Source: Bacteroidales bacterium (GTDB lineage Bacteria; Bacteroidota; Bacteroidia; Bacteroidales; UBA7332). Taken from it: DNA of 43,694 bases. The notes under the pieces were generated by a model, which saw only the letters and a list, made by a program, of their open reading frames with translations, was not told the origin of the DNA and did no database searches. A program made the translations under genes and the position numbers. Shown in pieces: positions 8,149 through 18,507 of this stretch (positions are counted from its first letter, which is position 1; each line of letters begins with the position of its first letter). The DNA lies in the NCBI GenBank assembly GCA_051657185.1, contig JBOFKE010000113.1:1-43694 (forward strand), written 5' to 3'.

Positions 8149-10038
8149 CTATTCAACAAAGCGATTATCTTTACCCTCGATATAATTGATGAAGGCAAAG
8201 TTTACCAGTCTGTTTCCGCCTGCAGTCGGATAGTCTCCCGAGAAATACCAATCGCCAGTATGATCGGGACAGGATTTATGCAAATCTTCAATCGTTTGAA
8301 AAACGATTTCAACTTCTGCTTTTACATCAGGAGAAGTAACCATTTGTGCAATCTTAGCGGAGATTTCCTCTTGCGTGAATGGAGCATATATTTCTTTTAC
8401 ATAGTTAACAACGTCTTCTTTAGGCGAATCTACTTGCTCTTTACATTTAACATACACCTCTTTTATGATCTGTTGCAAACCTCTTTCCTCTAACAATTCC
8501 ATGGCAGCATTAAAAGCGATAAATTCGCCCATTCGTGACATATCGATTCCATAACAGTCCGGATATCGGATTTGAGGGGAAGAAGACACAATAACAATCT
8601 TCTTCGGTGCCAACCTGTCTAGCATCTTAATGATACTTTGTTTCAAGGTAGTTCCACGAACAATACTGTCATCAATAATTACAATATTGTCCTGATCCGG
8701 CACTATCGAGCCATAAGTAATGTCATAAACGTGTGTAGCTAAATCATTCCGACTATTATCCTCGGCAATAAAAGTACGCAATTTAATATCCTTGATCGCG
8801 ATCTTTTCGAAGCGAATACGCTGAGATAAGATGCTTTGTAAGTTATCTTCGGACAAGTCACCATTGCAAGCCTTTATACGTTCAATTTTTTCTTGATTCA
8901 AATGGTTTTCAAGCCCTTCAACCATTCCGTAATAAGCAACCTCGGCCGTATTTGGAATATACGAGAAAACAGTATTGTGTAAATCGTTTTGAATCGAGTT
9001 CAGAATTGCAGGAACCAATTGAGTCCCCAGCATTTTTCTTTCTCGATAGATATCGAAATCACTTCCTCGTGAAAAATAAATACGTTCAAAAGAACATGCC
9101 TTATTCTCTTTAGGAACTATAAGTTGTTTAACCTGGAAATCACCTGCACGATTAACGATTATACTCTGACCTGGAAGCAACTCTTTCACATCTTCCTGAT
9201 GCAAGTTGAATGCAGTCTGTATGACCGGTCTTTCGGAAGCAACAACAACAACCTCCTCATCCGCATAATAGAATGCCGGACGGATTCCCCATGGATCGCG
9301 AAGCGTAAACATATCTCCACTTCCCATTAATCCGCAAATAACAAAACCGCCATCCCACATTTTACCGGCTTCAGTAAGTATCGTTTCTATATTTAAATTC
9401 GACTCGATCTGTTCATTCAGATCTTGCCCCGTATAACCAAAACTTGAAAACTTCTGATAAAGGCGTTCAACCTCTTCGTCAAGTAAGAAGCCGATTTGTT
9501 CTAAAAGCAGAAACGTATCGGCATTATGTCTTGGATGTTGTCCTTTTTTTACCAGAAAACTAAGAACTTCATCTACATTAGTCAGATTGAAATTTCCTGC
9601 CAAACACAGATTACGGCTTTTCCAGTTATTACGTCGCAGAAAAGGGTGCACATAAGATATGCCCGATCTGCCCGTCGTACTGTAACGCAAATGGCCTAAA
9701 TAAGTTTGTGCGATAAATGGATAAGCATTATAATCATGCTTAGAAGCCGGATGTTCCACTTTAAAAGTAGCGATATTTTCCTGAATCGAAGCAAAAACGT
9801 CTTTAATAGCACCCGAACCCATAGCACGTTCACGAAAAATATATTCTTCGCCAGGTTCTGCATGCAGTTTCACACAACCAACGCCTGCACCTTCTTGTCC
9901 ACGGTTATGTTGCTTTTCCATTAATAGGTATAACTTATCTAACCCATAGGTATAGCTACCATATTTTTCAACATAATAAGACAATGGTTTGAGCAATCGC
10001 ACCATTGCGATTCCACATTCGTGTTTTATTTGTTCCAT
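8149..10038 (-). CDS. purF: Amidophosphoribosyltransferase, long class II form
   Basis: 629 aa. N-terminal nucleophile Cys context HECGIAMV. PRPP-binding loop IVIIDDSIVRGTT. Confidence 0.92.
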   Translation of the reverse strand: MEQIKHECGIAMVRLLKPLSYYVEKYGSYTYGLDKLYLLMEKQHNRGQEGAGVGCVKLHAEPGEEYIFRERAMGSGAIKDVFASIQENIATFKVEHPASKHDYNAYPFIAQTYLGHLRYSTTGRSGISYVHPFLRRNNWKSRNLCLAGNFNLTNVDEVLSFLVKKGQHPRHNADTFLLLEQIGFLLDEEVERLYQKFSSFGYTGQDLNEQIESNLNIETILTEAGKMWDGGFVICGLMGSGDMFTLRDPWGIRPAFYYADEEVVVVASERPVIQTAFNLHQEDVKELLPGQSIIVNRAGDFQVKQLIVPKENKACSFERIYFSRGSDFDIYRERKMLGTQLVPAILNSIQNDLHNTVFSYIPNTAEVAYYGMVEGLENHLNQEKIERIKACNGDLSEDNLQSILSQRIRFEKIAIKDIKLRTFIAEDNSRNDLATHVYDITYGSIVPDQDNIVIIDDSIVRGTTLKQSIIKMLDRLAPKKIVIVSSSPQIRYPDCYGIDMSRMGEFIAFNAAMELLEERGLQQIIKEVYVKCKEQVDSPKEDVVNYVKEIYAPFTQEEISAKIAQMVTSPDVKAEVEIVFQTIEDLHKSCPDHTGDWYFSGDYPTAGGNRLVNFAFINYIEGKDNRFVE

Positions 10039-10159
10039 CTTATACTTACATATTAAAGAAACTGCTGCATTATTGCATACAAAAATAAGAAATTAGCATC
10101 AAAAATCATTGAGTAATAAAGGTTCTCAGCATTAAAATACGCTAAGAGAGAAGAAGAAA

Positions 10160-10200
10160 TAAAAAACCGATTGTACATAAAAATATATACAATCGGCTTT
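10160..10200 (-). terminator. Intrinsic terminator of glnN
   Basis: Stem 10163-10175 pairs with 10188-10200 (one position pairs as G-U only on the minus-strand RNA). A T-run follows on the minus strand, about 17 nt after the stop. Confidence 0.7.
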
Positions 10201-10216
10201 AGTTCAAAAGTGCTGA

Positions 10217-12406
10217 TTATCTAATAAATAATAACTCTCTATATTTAGGCAGAGTCCACATTTCATCATCAACAATTAATTCTAATTTATCGATATGATA
10301 ACGTATCTCTTCCATGAGCGGAGCAATTGTATCGTGATAAGCAATTGCTTTCGATCTTTCATCTTCGATTTTGTTTGCTACTTTACGTTCATTGATCATC
10401 TTATCAACTTTATCTGTAATAACTGATAAGTGATGAGAGATCTTTTCGATCAGAATCATATCCTGTTTTGCAATAATCTCAGACTTCTCCTGATTAAACA
10501 ATTGTTTTACCTTACAAACATTATCTAAAAGCAAACCTTGATAACGCGACGCTACAGGTATAATATGATTCATTGCCAAATCACCCAAAACGCGTGCCTC
10601 AATTTGTATCTTTTTGGTATATGTTTCCCAATTTACCTCATTACGTGCATGTAATTCAACATGATTAAGAACACCCATTGTTTCAAACATCGAAATATTA
10701 TCAACAGTCAGGTTATTATCAAAAATCACCGGTACGCTACGCTCACAATCCAAGCCTCTTCTTTCTGCTTCTTGTCTCCACTCGTCGCTATAGCCATTTC
10801 CATCAAATCGGATTGGTTTACAAATGCGGATATAATCACGAAGAACATCAAAAATAGCTTTGTCAAGTTTTATGCCTTTTTCTAAACGGGCATCCACATC
10901 TTTTTTGAATTCCTTCAATTGATAAGCAACAGCAGTATTTAAGACAATCATTGCTGCAGCACAGTTATCGGACGAACCGACAGCTCTGAACTCAAAACGA
11001 TTACCCGTGAAAGCGAACGGTGATGTACGATTTCTATCCGTATTATCTAAAAGGAGCTCCGGAATCTGTGTTACACTCAGCTTCATTCCAACTTTATCAT
11101 CAACCTGAATGGCTTCTTCTGAAGTAGAGTTCTCCAGTTTATCAAGAACCTCTGTCAACTGACGTCCCAGGAATACAGAGATAATTGCAGGAGGAGCCTC
11201 GTTTGCTCCTAAACGATGCGCATTCGTTGCAGAAGAAATCGCTGCTTTAAGCAATCCGTTTCTTTTATAAACAGCCATCATAATGTTCACAAGGAAAGTC
11301 ACAAATTGTAAATTCTCGTGACTACTCTTACCCGGAGATAAAAGATTGACACCTGTATCAGTACCTAGTGACCAGTTATTATGCTTACCTGATCCGTTGA
11401 CACCTTTAAAAGGTTTCTCATGAAGAAGAACACGGAAATTATGTTTACGTGCAAGCTTTTTCATTACAGACATCAAAAGCAAATTATGATCGTTTGCCAA
11501 GTTAGTCTCTTCATAGATTGGAGCTAACTCAAACTGGTTAGGTGCTACCTCATTATGACGAGTTTTGCAAGGAATGCCTAATTTCAAACTTTCAATTTCA
11601 AGTTCACGCATGAAAGCTTCTACACGAGCCGGAATAGCTCCGAAGTAATGATCTTCCAACTGTTGATTTTTAGCACTTTCGTGCCCCATCAAAGTACGCC
11701 CGGTCAACATCAAGTCAGGACGACCAGACCATAGAGATTCATCAACAAGGAAATACTCTTGCTCCCATCCGAGAAACGACGTTACTTTTGAAACTTTAGG
11801 ATCGAAAAACTTACAAACATCAGTCGCTGCTTTATCAACCGCGTGAATAGCTTTTAATAAAGGAGTTTTAAAATCCAGCGCTTCACCCGTATATGAAATA
11901 AAGATAGTTGGAATACATAGAGTACTTCCAACGACAAAAGCCGGCGAAGTAGGATCCCATGCACTATATCCTCTTGCTTCGAATGTATTTCTAATGCCAC
12001 CATTCGGAAAGCTTGAAGCATCTGGCTCTTGCTGGATAAGAAGTTTACCGGAGAATTCTTCCAATAACCCACCTTTACCGTCATATTCGATAAACGCATC
12101 ATGTTTCTCAGCAGTACCACCGGTCAATGGCTGAAACCAGTGAGTATAATGAGTTACTCCTAACTCCATAGCCCATTGTTTCATTCCCGAAGCAATACTT
12201 TCTGCAATTTCGCGCTGGAGAGGAGATCCATTTTCCATTGTACTTACTAAAGCTTCGTATGTCTGTTTTGAAAGATATCTACGCATCTTTTCTTTATTAA
12301 ATACATACTTGCCGAAATACTCAGAAGGACGCTCTTTCAACAATGGTACTTCCACTGCTTTGCGCTTAAAAGCTTCTTCTACTACCCGAAATCTTAAGTG
12401 TGACAT
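10217..12406 (-). CDS. glnN: Glutamine synthetase type III
   Basis: 729 aa, the length and N-terminus typical of Bacteroides-type GSIII. GS catalytic-domain motifs present (NGSGKHNNWS, EVAPNQFE). Confidence 0.92.
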   Translation of the reverse strand: MSHLRFRVVEEAFKRKAVEVPLLKERPSEYFGKYVFNKEKMRRYLSKQTYEALVSTMENGSPLQREIAESIASGMKQWAMELGVTHYTHWFQPLTGGTAEKHDAFIEYDGKGGLLEEFSGKLLIQQEPDASSFPNGGIRNTFEARGYSAWDPTSPAFVVGSTLCIPTIFISYTGEALDFKTPLLKAIHAVDKAATDVCKFFDPKVSKVTSFLGWEQEYFLVDESLWSGRPDLMLTGRTLMGHESAKNQQLEDHYFGAIPARVEAFMRELEIESLKLGIPCKTRHNEVAPNQFELAPIYEETNLANDHNLLLMSVMKKLARKHNFRVLLHEKPFKGVNGSGKHNNWSLGTDTGVNLLSPGKSSHENLQFVTFLVNIMMAVYKRNGLLKAAISSATNAHRLGANEAPPAIISVFLGRQLTEVLDKLENSTSEEAIQVDDKVGMKLSVTQIPELLLDNTDRNRTSPFAFTGNRFEFRAVGSSDNCAAAMIVLNTAVAYQLKEFKKDVDARLEKGIKLDKAIFDVLRDYIRICKPIRFDGNGYSDEWRQEAERRGLDCERSVPVIFDNNLTVDNISMFETMGVLNHVELHARNEVNWETYTKKIQIEARVLGDLAMNHIIPVASRYQGLLLDNVCKVKQLFNQEKSEIIAKQDMILIEKISHHLSVITDKVDKMINERKVANKIEDERSKAIAYHDTIAPLMEEIRYHIDKLELIVDDEMWTLPKYRELLFIR

Positions 12407-12471
12407 AAAAAATAATTTTAAAAATATATCTGATTACAAATCAATACCGATTGACGGAAGGAGATAAACGA

Positions 12472-12530
12472 AGAAGAGTAATCAGAAAGTATCTCAAAAC
12501 ATAGTTGAAATACTTTCTAATTACTCTTCT
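12472..12530 (-). other. 21-bp stem / 17-nt loop hairpin between ORF 12785-13300 and glnN
   Basis: Arms 12472-12492 and 12510-12530. The single non-Watson-Crick position is C-A on the plus strand but G-U on the minus-strand RNA. Confidence 0.6.
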
Positions 12531-12784
12531 ATAACAGCAATCTGATAATCGCTTTTTATTTTATCACAATAAACAAAGAAATAATCTTTGCTGATTGCTA
12601 ATTTAAACCCCTTGGAAAATCGAATCATATTTAATAACGAATAAACTTCAATTGATAAAAATCTGTTTGTTATTTAACGCGACAAATATAATACTTTTTC
12701 TAAGTTATTCAATCAAAGATTAATCATAATGATTCAATTTAAGGGTTTTTATTAACATAGTCTAAGCTGACTCAATAATCAGAA

Positions 12785-13300
12785 TCATTTAGAAATAAGA
12801 ATATGATTGTCAAATTCACGCCATGTTGCTTTTAAATTAAGACCTTCGTAAGAAAAAACAGCTTTATAATTCAATCGATGCGTTATTACTCCTATCGAAA
12901 GTGCTGCGGCAACGGCTTGTATATTAAAACCTAATTGATGTTGAATCGAATCATACATAAGAATAGAGGCCTGATCACGACTCTGGACCTGAACAAAAAC
13001 AATATTTATGTCTGCCGTCAAAAGAGCATGCGACGCTATTTTGGCTCCGATCTTAAGAAAATCCAAGCGATTAAAATCGGGAATAAATAAGACGATAAAA
13101 GAGTGTTGAACTTTTACGGCAGAGATCAAAAATGCTCCTTCGCCTACTTGTAAAACAGAATCAATCATTTGATTTGATGACCAATTGACGCCTATATCCC
13201 TAACATGAAACTCCGGCTCCCCGACATCAATATTGAAGCGAGTGTCTTTATTTTGTACAAATGACAAATTAATATCATTTGTAATGCCTACATTTACCAT
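12785..13300 (-). CDS. Hypothetical protein, beta-strand-rich, no signal peptide
   Basis: 171-aa ORF and the only long ORF in this region on either strand. Alternating hydrophobic patterns. No motif recognised. Confidence 0.45.
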   Translation of the reverse strand: MVNVGITNDINLSFVQNKDTRFNIDVGEPEFHVRDIGVNWSSNQMIDSVLQVGEGAFLISAVKVQHSFIVLFIPDFNRLDFLKIGAKIASHALLTADINIVFVQVQSRDQASILMYDSIQHQLGFNIQAVAAALSIGVITHRLNYKAVFSYEGLNLKATWREFDNHILISK

Positions 13301-13384
13301 AGAAATTGATCTTTAATAGATTTATATATGTTCAACAAAGTGAATTAAAAAATTGTTTATGTTTCAACGAACACATTATATATT

Positions 13385-14179
13385 ATGGAATTACATCAAA
13401 TAGCAATAGCCTTTGGATTAACAATGATAGCAGGCCTGTCAACAGGAGTAGGAAGTATATTGGCTTTTTTTACTAAACATACAAACACGCGTTTCTTATC
13501 CTATGCACTTGGATTCTCTGCCGGTGTCATGATATTTGTTTCTTTTATAGAACTTATCCCGACTGCTTTAACAGACCTTACGACTCACTTCGGTGATAAA
13601 AAGGCTTTTTTATATATGCTGTTATCCTTTTTTGGAGGCATCGCTTTAATTATGCTAATTGACTTTTTAATACCTGAGGATGAGAATCCGCATGAAGTTC
13701 ATACCGTTGAGGAGGTTGATAAAAGTAAACGGTTAAAAAGAATGGGTATTATGGTCGCATTGTCAATTGCTGTACATAATTTCCCTGAGGGATTAGCAAC
13801 CTTTGTCGCAGCATTAGATAATCTTGACGTGGCTATCCCAATCGTTATAGCCATCGCAATTCACAATATACCTGAAGGAATCGCTGTTTCCATTCCGATC
13901 TATCATGCCACAGGAGATAAAAAGAAAGCATTTATATACTCGTTTCTTTCGGGAATGGCTGAACCATTAGGAGCCTTGGTTGGAATGATCTTCCTTCTGC
14001 CATTCTGGAATCCGGTCATAAATAGCATTTTATTGGCCGGCATATCTGGAATTATGGTATATATATCTCTCGATGAACTTTTACCTAGTGCTGAAAAGTA
14101 CGGAGAGCATCACTTATCGATCAGCGGCGTCGTTACGGGAATGGCATTAATGAGTTTGAGTCTTTTTCTTTTGATGTAA
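13385..14179 (+). CDS. zupT: ZIP-family zinc transporter
   Basis: 264 aa. Duplicated HNFPEGLA / HNIPEGIA metal-binding motifs. Multi-TM. Confidence 0.9.
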   Translation: MELHQIAIAFGLTMIAGLSTGVGSILAFFTKHTNTRFLSYALGFSAGVMIFVSFIELIPTALTDLTTHFGDKKAFLYMLLSFFGGIALIMLIDFLIPEDENPHEVHTVEEVDKSKRLKRMGIMVALSIAVHNFPEGLATFVAALDNLDVAIPIVIAIAIHNIPEGIAVSIPIYHATGDKKKAFIYSFLSGMAEPLGALVGMIFLLPFWNPVINSILLAGISGIMVYISLDELLPSAEKYGEHHLSISGVVTGMALMSLSLFLLM

Positions 14180-14242
14180 GAGCAAACTTTGCAAAGTAAC
14201 AGTGTGTTATATAAACATATAACCAATTAAAAATAATTACTT

Positions 14243-14671
14243 ATGTCAAATTTCCTGACTGACTTCAAACAGTTTATCATGAAAGGCAATGTTTTCGATA
14301 TGGCTATCGGTATTATCATCGGTGGAGCTTTTGGAAAAATTGTCAGCTCAATGGTTAATGATATTATTATGCCTATCGTAGGTTTATTTCTGGGTGGTAT
14401 AGATTTTCAAGATTTAAAATATACGCTGAAAGCAGAGGTCTTGACTGCTAAAGGGGATATTTTAAAGCCTGCTGTTACGTTAAACTATGGAAACTTCATT
14501 CAACAGACGGTTGATTTCTTAATAATCGCATTATGTATTTTCTTATTTCTGAAACTAATGATGAATTTTAAAAAGCAAAAGGTTGAGGCTCCGGCTCCTC
14601 CTCCTGCACCTTCGCCTGAAGAAGTCTTATTAACAGAAATCAGGGATCTACTGAAAAATCAAAATAAATAA
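14243..14671 (+). CDS. mscL: Large-conductance mechanosensitive channel
   Basis: 142 aa. Canonical N-terminus [27 protein letters not shown]. Confidence 0.92.
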   Translation: MSNFLTDFKQFIMKGNVFDMAIGIIIGGAFGKIVSSMVNDIIMPIVGLFLGGIDFQDLKYTLKAEVLTAKGDILKPAVTLNYGNFIQQTVDFLIIALCIFLFLKLMMNFKKQKVEAPAPPPAPSPEEVLLTEIRDLLKNQNK

Positions 14672-14672
14672 A

Positions 14673-14714
14673 TTATAAAGGGGTAATTCAACAAAATGAA
14701 TTACCCCTTTATAA
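14673..14714. terminator. Bidirectional terminator between mscL and the Crp/Fnr gene
   Basis: Perfect 17-bp stem ttataaaggggtaattc / gaattacccctttataa with an 8-nt loop, between convergent genes. Confidence 0.8.
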
Positions 14715-14715
14715 T

Positions 14716-15387
14716 TTATTCTCCACATATCTGACGGAGCATATTCCGATCAATAACCGTAATGTGCTTATTATCGAAAGCAATAATTCCTTCCTTAGTC
14801 AAGTCTGAAAGAGTTCGGGCAAGCGCCTGACGAGTGACACCGAAGAAATCCGCGAGTTCCTGTTGACTTTGCATCAGATGAATCGTATCGAGTTTAAAAT
14901 CTTCAGATTCTGTCCGAATAAAAATAGCCAGCTTACTGCGTATCGTTTTAAACATATGAAAGCTAAGTTTTTGTTGAAGGAATTGACTTCTATTCGAAAT
15001 AATACACAAAAAGTTAATCAGAAGATGCGCATTTTCCTGTAGTAAGCGAATCAGCGTATCCTTTCCCACTTCCATAATACAAACATCTGAGGCTGCTGTA
15101 ACATCAACCGGGAAGTAATTAGCATCTGCAAAAACAAAGGCAGGAGCCAAATAATTACCTTCTCCAATACTATCAATCTTTATCAATTTACCTGAATCAT
15201 CAACAATATCTGCTCTGCATTGTCCCTGAATCACAATATAGAGGGAATTACAACGCGAATTTCGTGAAACAATCAAATCTCCTTTTTTATAATTGTGTAA
15301 AGAATAATGCATTCTACTTATTAAATCCGAGATTTGAACTCCTGAAAGCCCCTTAAAAATGGGGGATTTTTCTAATACTTTTATCAT
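14716..15387 (-). CDS. hcpR: Crp/Fnr-family transcriptional regulator, probable HcpR
   Basis: 223 aa. cNMP-binding-like beta-roll plus C-terminal HTH (QELADFFGVTRQALARTLSDL). Divergent from hcp, the arrangement known for HcpR. Confidence 0.75.
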   Translation of the reverse strand: MIKVLEKSPIFKGLSGVQISDLISRMHYSLHNYKKGDLIVSRNSRCNSLYIVIQGQCRADIVDDSGKLIKIDSIGEGNYLAPAFVFADANYFPVDVTAASDVCIMEVGKDTLIRLLQENAHLLINFLCIISNRSQFLQQKLSFHMFKTIRSKLAIFIRTESEDFKLDTIHLMQSQQELADFFGVTRQALARTLSDLTKEGIIAFDNKHITVIDRNMLRQICGE

Positions 15388-15402
15388 AAATTGGTATTTA
15401 GA

Positions 15403-15418
15403 TGTAACCTATATGACA
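15403..15418. promoter_or_regulatory. Candidate Crp/Fnr-type operator TGTAA-N6-TGACA upstream of hcp
   Basis: 8 of 10 matches to the family dyad TGTGA-N6-TCACA. Centred about 77 bp upstream of the hcp ATG in the divergent intergenic region. Confidence 0.35.
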
Positions 15419-15487
15419 TTTTAGAATCAAAAAATACGATTCTTTTGCATCGAAATTAAGAATTTAAACTCAATAAATCATACTGTT

Positions 15488-17137
15488 ATGGATAATATGT
15501 TTTGTTTTCAATGCCAAGAGGCCTCAAAAGGTATTGGTTGTACAATAAAGGGCGTTTGCGGAAAAGATGATATTCTGGCAAACAGAATGGATTTACTTGT
15601 TTTCGTTTGCAAGGGTATTTCTCAGATTCAAACACAACTTATCAAGAATAATTTAAGAAACAGGAAAGCTGATATTTTTGTTATTGATGCGTTATTCTCA
15701 ACTATTACGAATGCCAATTTTGACATCAGCAGCATCAACAAACGTATTATTAAAGGACTGCTTCTTAAAGATAAGTTAATCCAAACGGCTAAAAATAATA
15801 GTATCGTTTTACCCGTAAGTGATTCGATCAGTTGGTCTGCGCCAGAAAATAAATTCGAAGCGGCAAGTAAATTTGTTGGTGTTTTAAGTGAGAAAAATGA
15901 AGATATACGCTCACTGAAAGAACTTACTATTTATGGAATAAAAGGTCTGGCTGCATATGTTGAGCATGCATATAACTTAGGATTCGAGGATTCGGATATC
16001 TATGAATTTATTCATCATGGTCTGGCTGAAACTGCCCGCAAAGATACGACTACGGAAGAATTAATTGCGCTGGTGCTAAAGACAGGTGAATACGGTGTAA
16101 AAGGGATGGCTCTATTGGATAAAGCAAATACTAGCAGTTATGGAAATCCAGAAATTACGAAAGTAAATATCGGCGTAGGTACCCGTCCGGGAATTTTAAT
16201 CAGCGGACATGATCTTAAGGACATAGAGGAATTACTTGAACAAACAAAGGATTCAGGAATTGATATTTACACTCATAGTGAAATGCTACCCGCACACTAT
16301 TATCCTGCATTTAAAAAATACACTCATTTTGTGGGTAATTATGGTAACTCCTGGTGGAAACAGCGTGAGGAATTTGAATCATTCAATGGTCCAATATTAT
16401 TTACAACAAATTGTATTGTTCCTCCTTTAGATGGTGCTAGCTATGTCGATAAATTATATACCACAGGAGCTTCGGGATATGCAGGTTGTAAGCATATTCC
16501 AAGCAGGGAGAATGGAAAAATGAAGGATTTTAGTGCAATCATTGAACATGCTAAACAATGTATGCCTCCAACAGAAATTGAAACGGGAGAAATTGTTGGT
16601 GGATTTGCGCACAATCAAGTTCTCGCTTTGGCAGATAAAGTTGTAGAAAACGTGAAGAACGGATCAATTAAGAACTTTGTCGTTATGGCAGGTTGTGACG
16701 GGCGAATGAAGAGTCGTGACTATTACACAGAATTTGCAAATGAATTACCAAAAGATCAAGTGATTCTAACAGCCGGATGTGCAAAATACAGATATAATAA
16801 GCTTCCGCTTGGCGACATTAACGGCATACCAAGAATGCTTGATGCAGGACAATGCAACGATAGTTATTCACTGGCATTAATTGCACTTAAACTTAAGGAA
16901 GTATTCGAATTGGAAGATATTAATGAATTACCGATTACTTATAATATCGCATGGTATGAGCAAAAGGCAGTAATTGTTCTGTTAGCACTACTTTCTCTGG
17001 GTGTAAAAAATATTCATTTGGGTCCTACCCTACCGGCATTCTTATCCCCAAATGTAGCAAAGATACTTATTGATAATTTCGGCATAGGAGGTATTACAAC
17101 TCCGGAAGAAGATATGAAAAATTGGAATATTAAATAG
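15488..17137 (+). CDS. hcp: Hybrid-cluster protein / hydroxylamine reductase
   Basis: 549 aa. N-terminal Cys cluster CFQCQE...C...GVCGK. Confidence 0.95.
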   Translation: MDNMFCFQCQEASKGIGCTIKGVCGKDDILANRMDLLVFVCKGISQIQTQLIKNNLRNRKADIFVIDALFSTITNANFDISSINKRIIKGLLLKDKLIQTAKNNSIVLPVSDSISWSAPENKFEAASKFVGVLSEKNEDIRSLKELTIYGIKGLAAYVEHAYNLGFEDSDIYEFIHHGLAETARKDTTTEELIALVLKTGEYGVKGMALLDKANTSSYGNPEITKVNIGVGTRPGILISGHDLKDIEELLEQTKDSGIDIYTHSEMLPAHYYPAFKKYTHFVGNYGNSWWKQREEFESFNGPILFTTNCIVPPLDGASYVDKLYTTGASGYAGCKHIPSRENGKMKDFSAIIEHAKQCMPPTEIETGEIVGGFAHNQVLALADKVVENVKNGSIKNFVVMAGCDGRMKSRDYYTEFANELPKDQVILTAGCAKYRYNKLPLGDINGIPRMLDAGQCNDSYSLALIALKLKEVFELEDINELPITYNIAWYEQKAVIVLLALLSLGVKNIHLGPTLPAFLSPNVAKILIDNFGIGGITTPEEDMKNWNIK

Positions 17138-17180
17138 ACCGGGTATTTTGATTCTTCAAATCTAAGTACCGCTGAATCAA

Positions 17181-17217
17181 AAATGGGAAAAGTGACTTTA
17201 CTTCACTTTTCCCATTT
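17181..17217. terminator. Bidirectional terminator between hcp and the lolE-like gene
   Basis: 15-bp stem aaatgggaaaagtga / tcacttttcccattt with a 7-nt loop. Confidence 0.75.
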
Positions 17218-17234
17218 TATTATATCGTAAATTA

Positions 17235-18446
17235 TCAAATTTTCTTTCTTAACTGCCTCACTGGTATCCATGCAGTAATGAAACCAACCACGGTTACAAT
17301 AATCAGAACTGCAAATACGTCTATAAATTCTAATTTAACAGGATAGGCATCAACAATAAACATTCCACTATTACCTAAAGTAAGAAGTCCGAAATGTTGC
17401 TGAATCAAACAGATAAATACCCCAATTAATATTCCGCAGACAGCACCAAACCCAGAGATAAGCCAACCCTCTAAAAGAAATATTTTGCAGATTAATTCTC
17501 TGCTAGCACCTAAATTACGCAACGTCAACATATCTGATTGCTTCTCGATCATTAACATTGAGAGAGATCCAATTATATTAAACGCAGCAATCAATAAAAT
17601 AAATGACATGATTAAAAACGTAACCCACTTCTCGATCTGCATCATCCGGAAAGAGTCAGCTTGCTGCTCGTATCTGTTTAGGACTAAAAAATCAGCTCCT
17701 AGCTCATGCTTAAGATTAGAAATAAACTTATCCGCATTTACACCATCCTTCAACTTTAATTCAATCGCTGTTACCTCATCATCATACTGGAATAAGTTTC
17801 TCGCAAAATCCAAAGAGGTAATAAGCATTTGATCATCATATTGGGGTTGATTTATAGAGAATACACTGCTAATAAATAACCAATCTTCTTTGAATGCATT
17901 TGAAGGATTGCTTAAATTAACCTTCACTCCTCTCATTGGAGCGTAGACAGTTATTGGTCTAACAAAACCCGCATTAATACCCAATTGTGTTGCAAGTCCG
18001 ATTCCTACAGAAGTGTAGTTTGCAATAGAATCAGACAAAACGAATTCCCCATTAACCAAAATAGAATCAATACTGGTCAATTGCTCGAAGTTGTCGGCAA
18101 CACCTTTAATTCTGGCTGCAACTTGCCGATCTTTATGTGAAAACAATGCATTCTCTTCAAGAACTTCAGTAAAAACCGCAATATCCTTATTACTTCTAAG
18201 ATGTATAAACTTAGATTCACCAACATGAAAAGTTTTCCCTTTCGCGCTCTTAATTTTAATCTGCGGATCGAAATTACTATACAGAGAACTTACCAGATCC
18301 TGAAAACCGTTAAATACAGACATTGTTGTAATTAAGGCCATAGATGTAAGAGCAACCCCACAGACACATATAAATGAAATGATATTTATCGCGCTGTGTG
18401 ATTTCTTAGAGAAAAGGTATCGTAAGGCAAATTTTAAAGCTAACAT
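17235..18446 (-). CDS. FtsX/LolC/LolE-family ABC transporter permease
   Basis: 403 aa. N-terminal TM, large periplasmic domain, C-terminal FtsX-type 3-TM bundle. N-terminus LALKFALRYLFSKK is typical of LolE-like proteins. Confidence 0.85.
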   Translation of the reverse strand: MLALKFALRYLFSKKSHSAINIISFICVCGVALTSMALITTMSVFNGFQDLVSSLYSNFDPQIKIKSAKGKTFHVGESKFIHLRSNKDIAVFTEVLEENALFSHKDRQVAARIKGVADNFEQLTSIDSILVNGEFVLSDSIANYTSVGIGLATQLGINAGFVRPITVYAPMRGVKVNLSNPSNAFKEDWLFISSVFSINQPQYDDQMLITSLDFARNLFQYDDEVTAIELKLKDGVNADKFISNLKHELGADFLVLNRYEQQADSFRMMQIEKWVTFLIMSFILLIAAFNIIGSLSMLMIEKQSDMLTLRNLGASRELICKIFLLEGWLISGFGAVCGILIGVFICLIQQHFGLLTLGNSGMFIVDAYPVKLEFIDVFAVLIIVTVVGFITAWIPVRQLRKKI

Positions 18447-18458
18447 AGAATTATAAGT

Positions 18459-18500
18459 AAAAAAGGAGAATCAAAGATAGGTATAGCTTCAATTCTCCTT
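18459..18500 (-). terminator. Hairpin plus T-run after rbfA (possible partial terminator)
   Basis: 9-bp stem aaggagaat / attctcctt followed by a T-run on the minus strand. Confidence 0.45.
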
Positions 18501-18507
18501 CAAAATT

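Noticed and set aside
8104-8493. 129-aa plus-strand ORF overlapping the purF 3' end
   Set aside because: It is antisense to a well-supported purF frame and spans the purF terminator. No motifs.
11854-12120. 88-aa same-strand ORF inside glnN, and 60-aa ORF 21042-21224 inside aroQ
   Set aside because: These are alternative frames within well-supported genes, with no independent signals.
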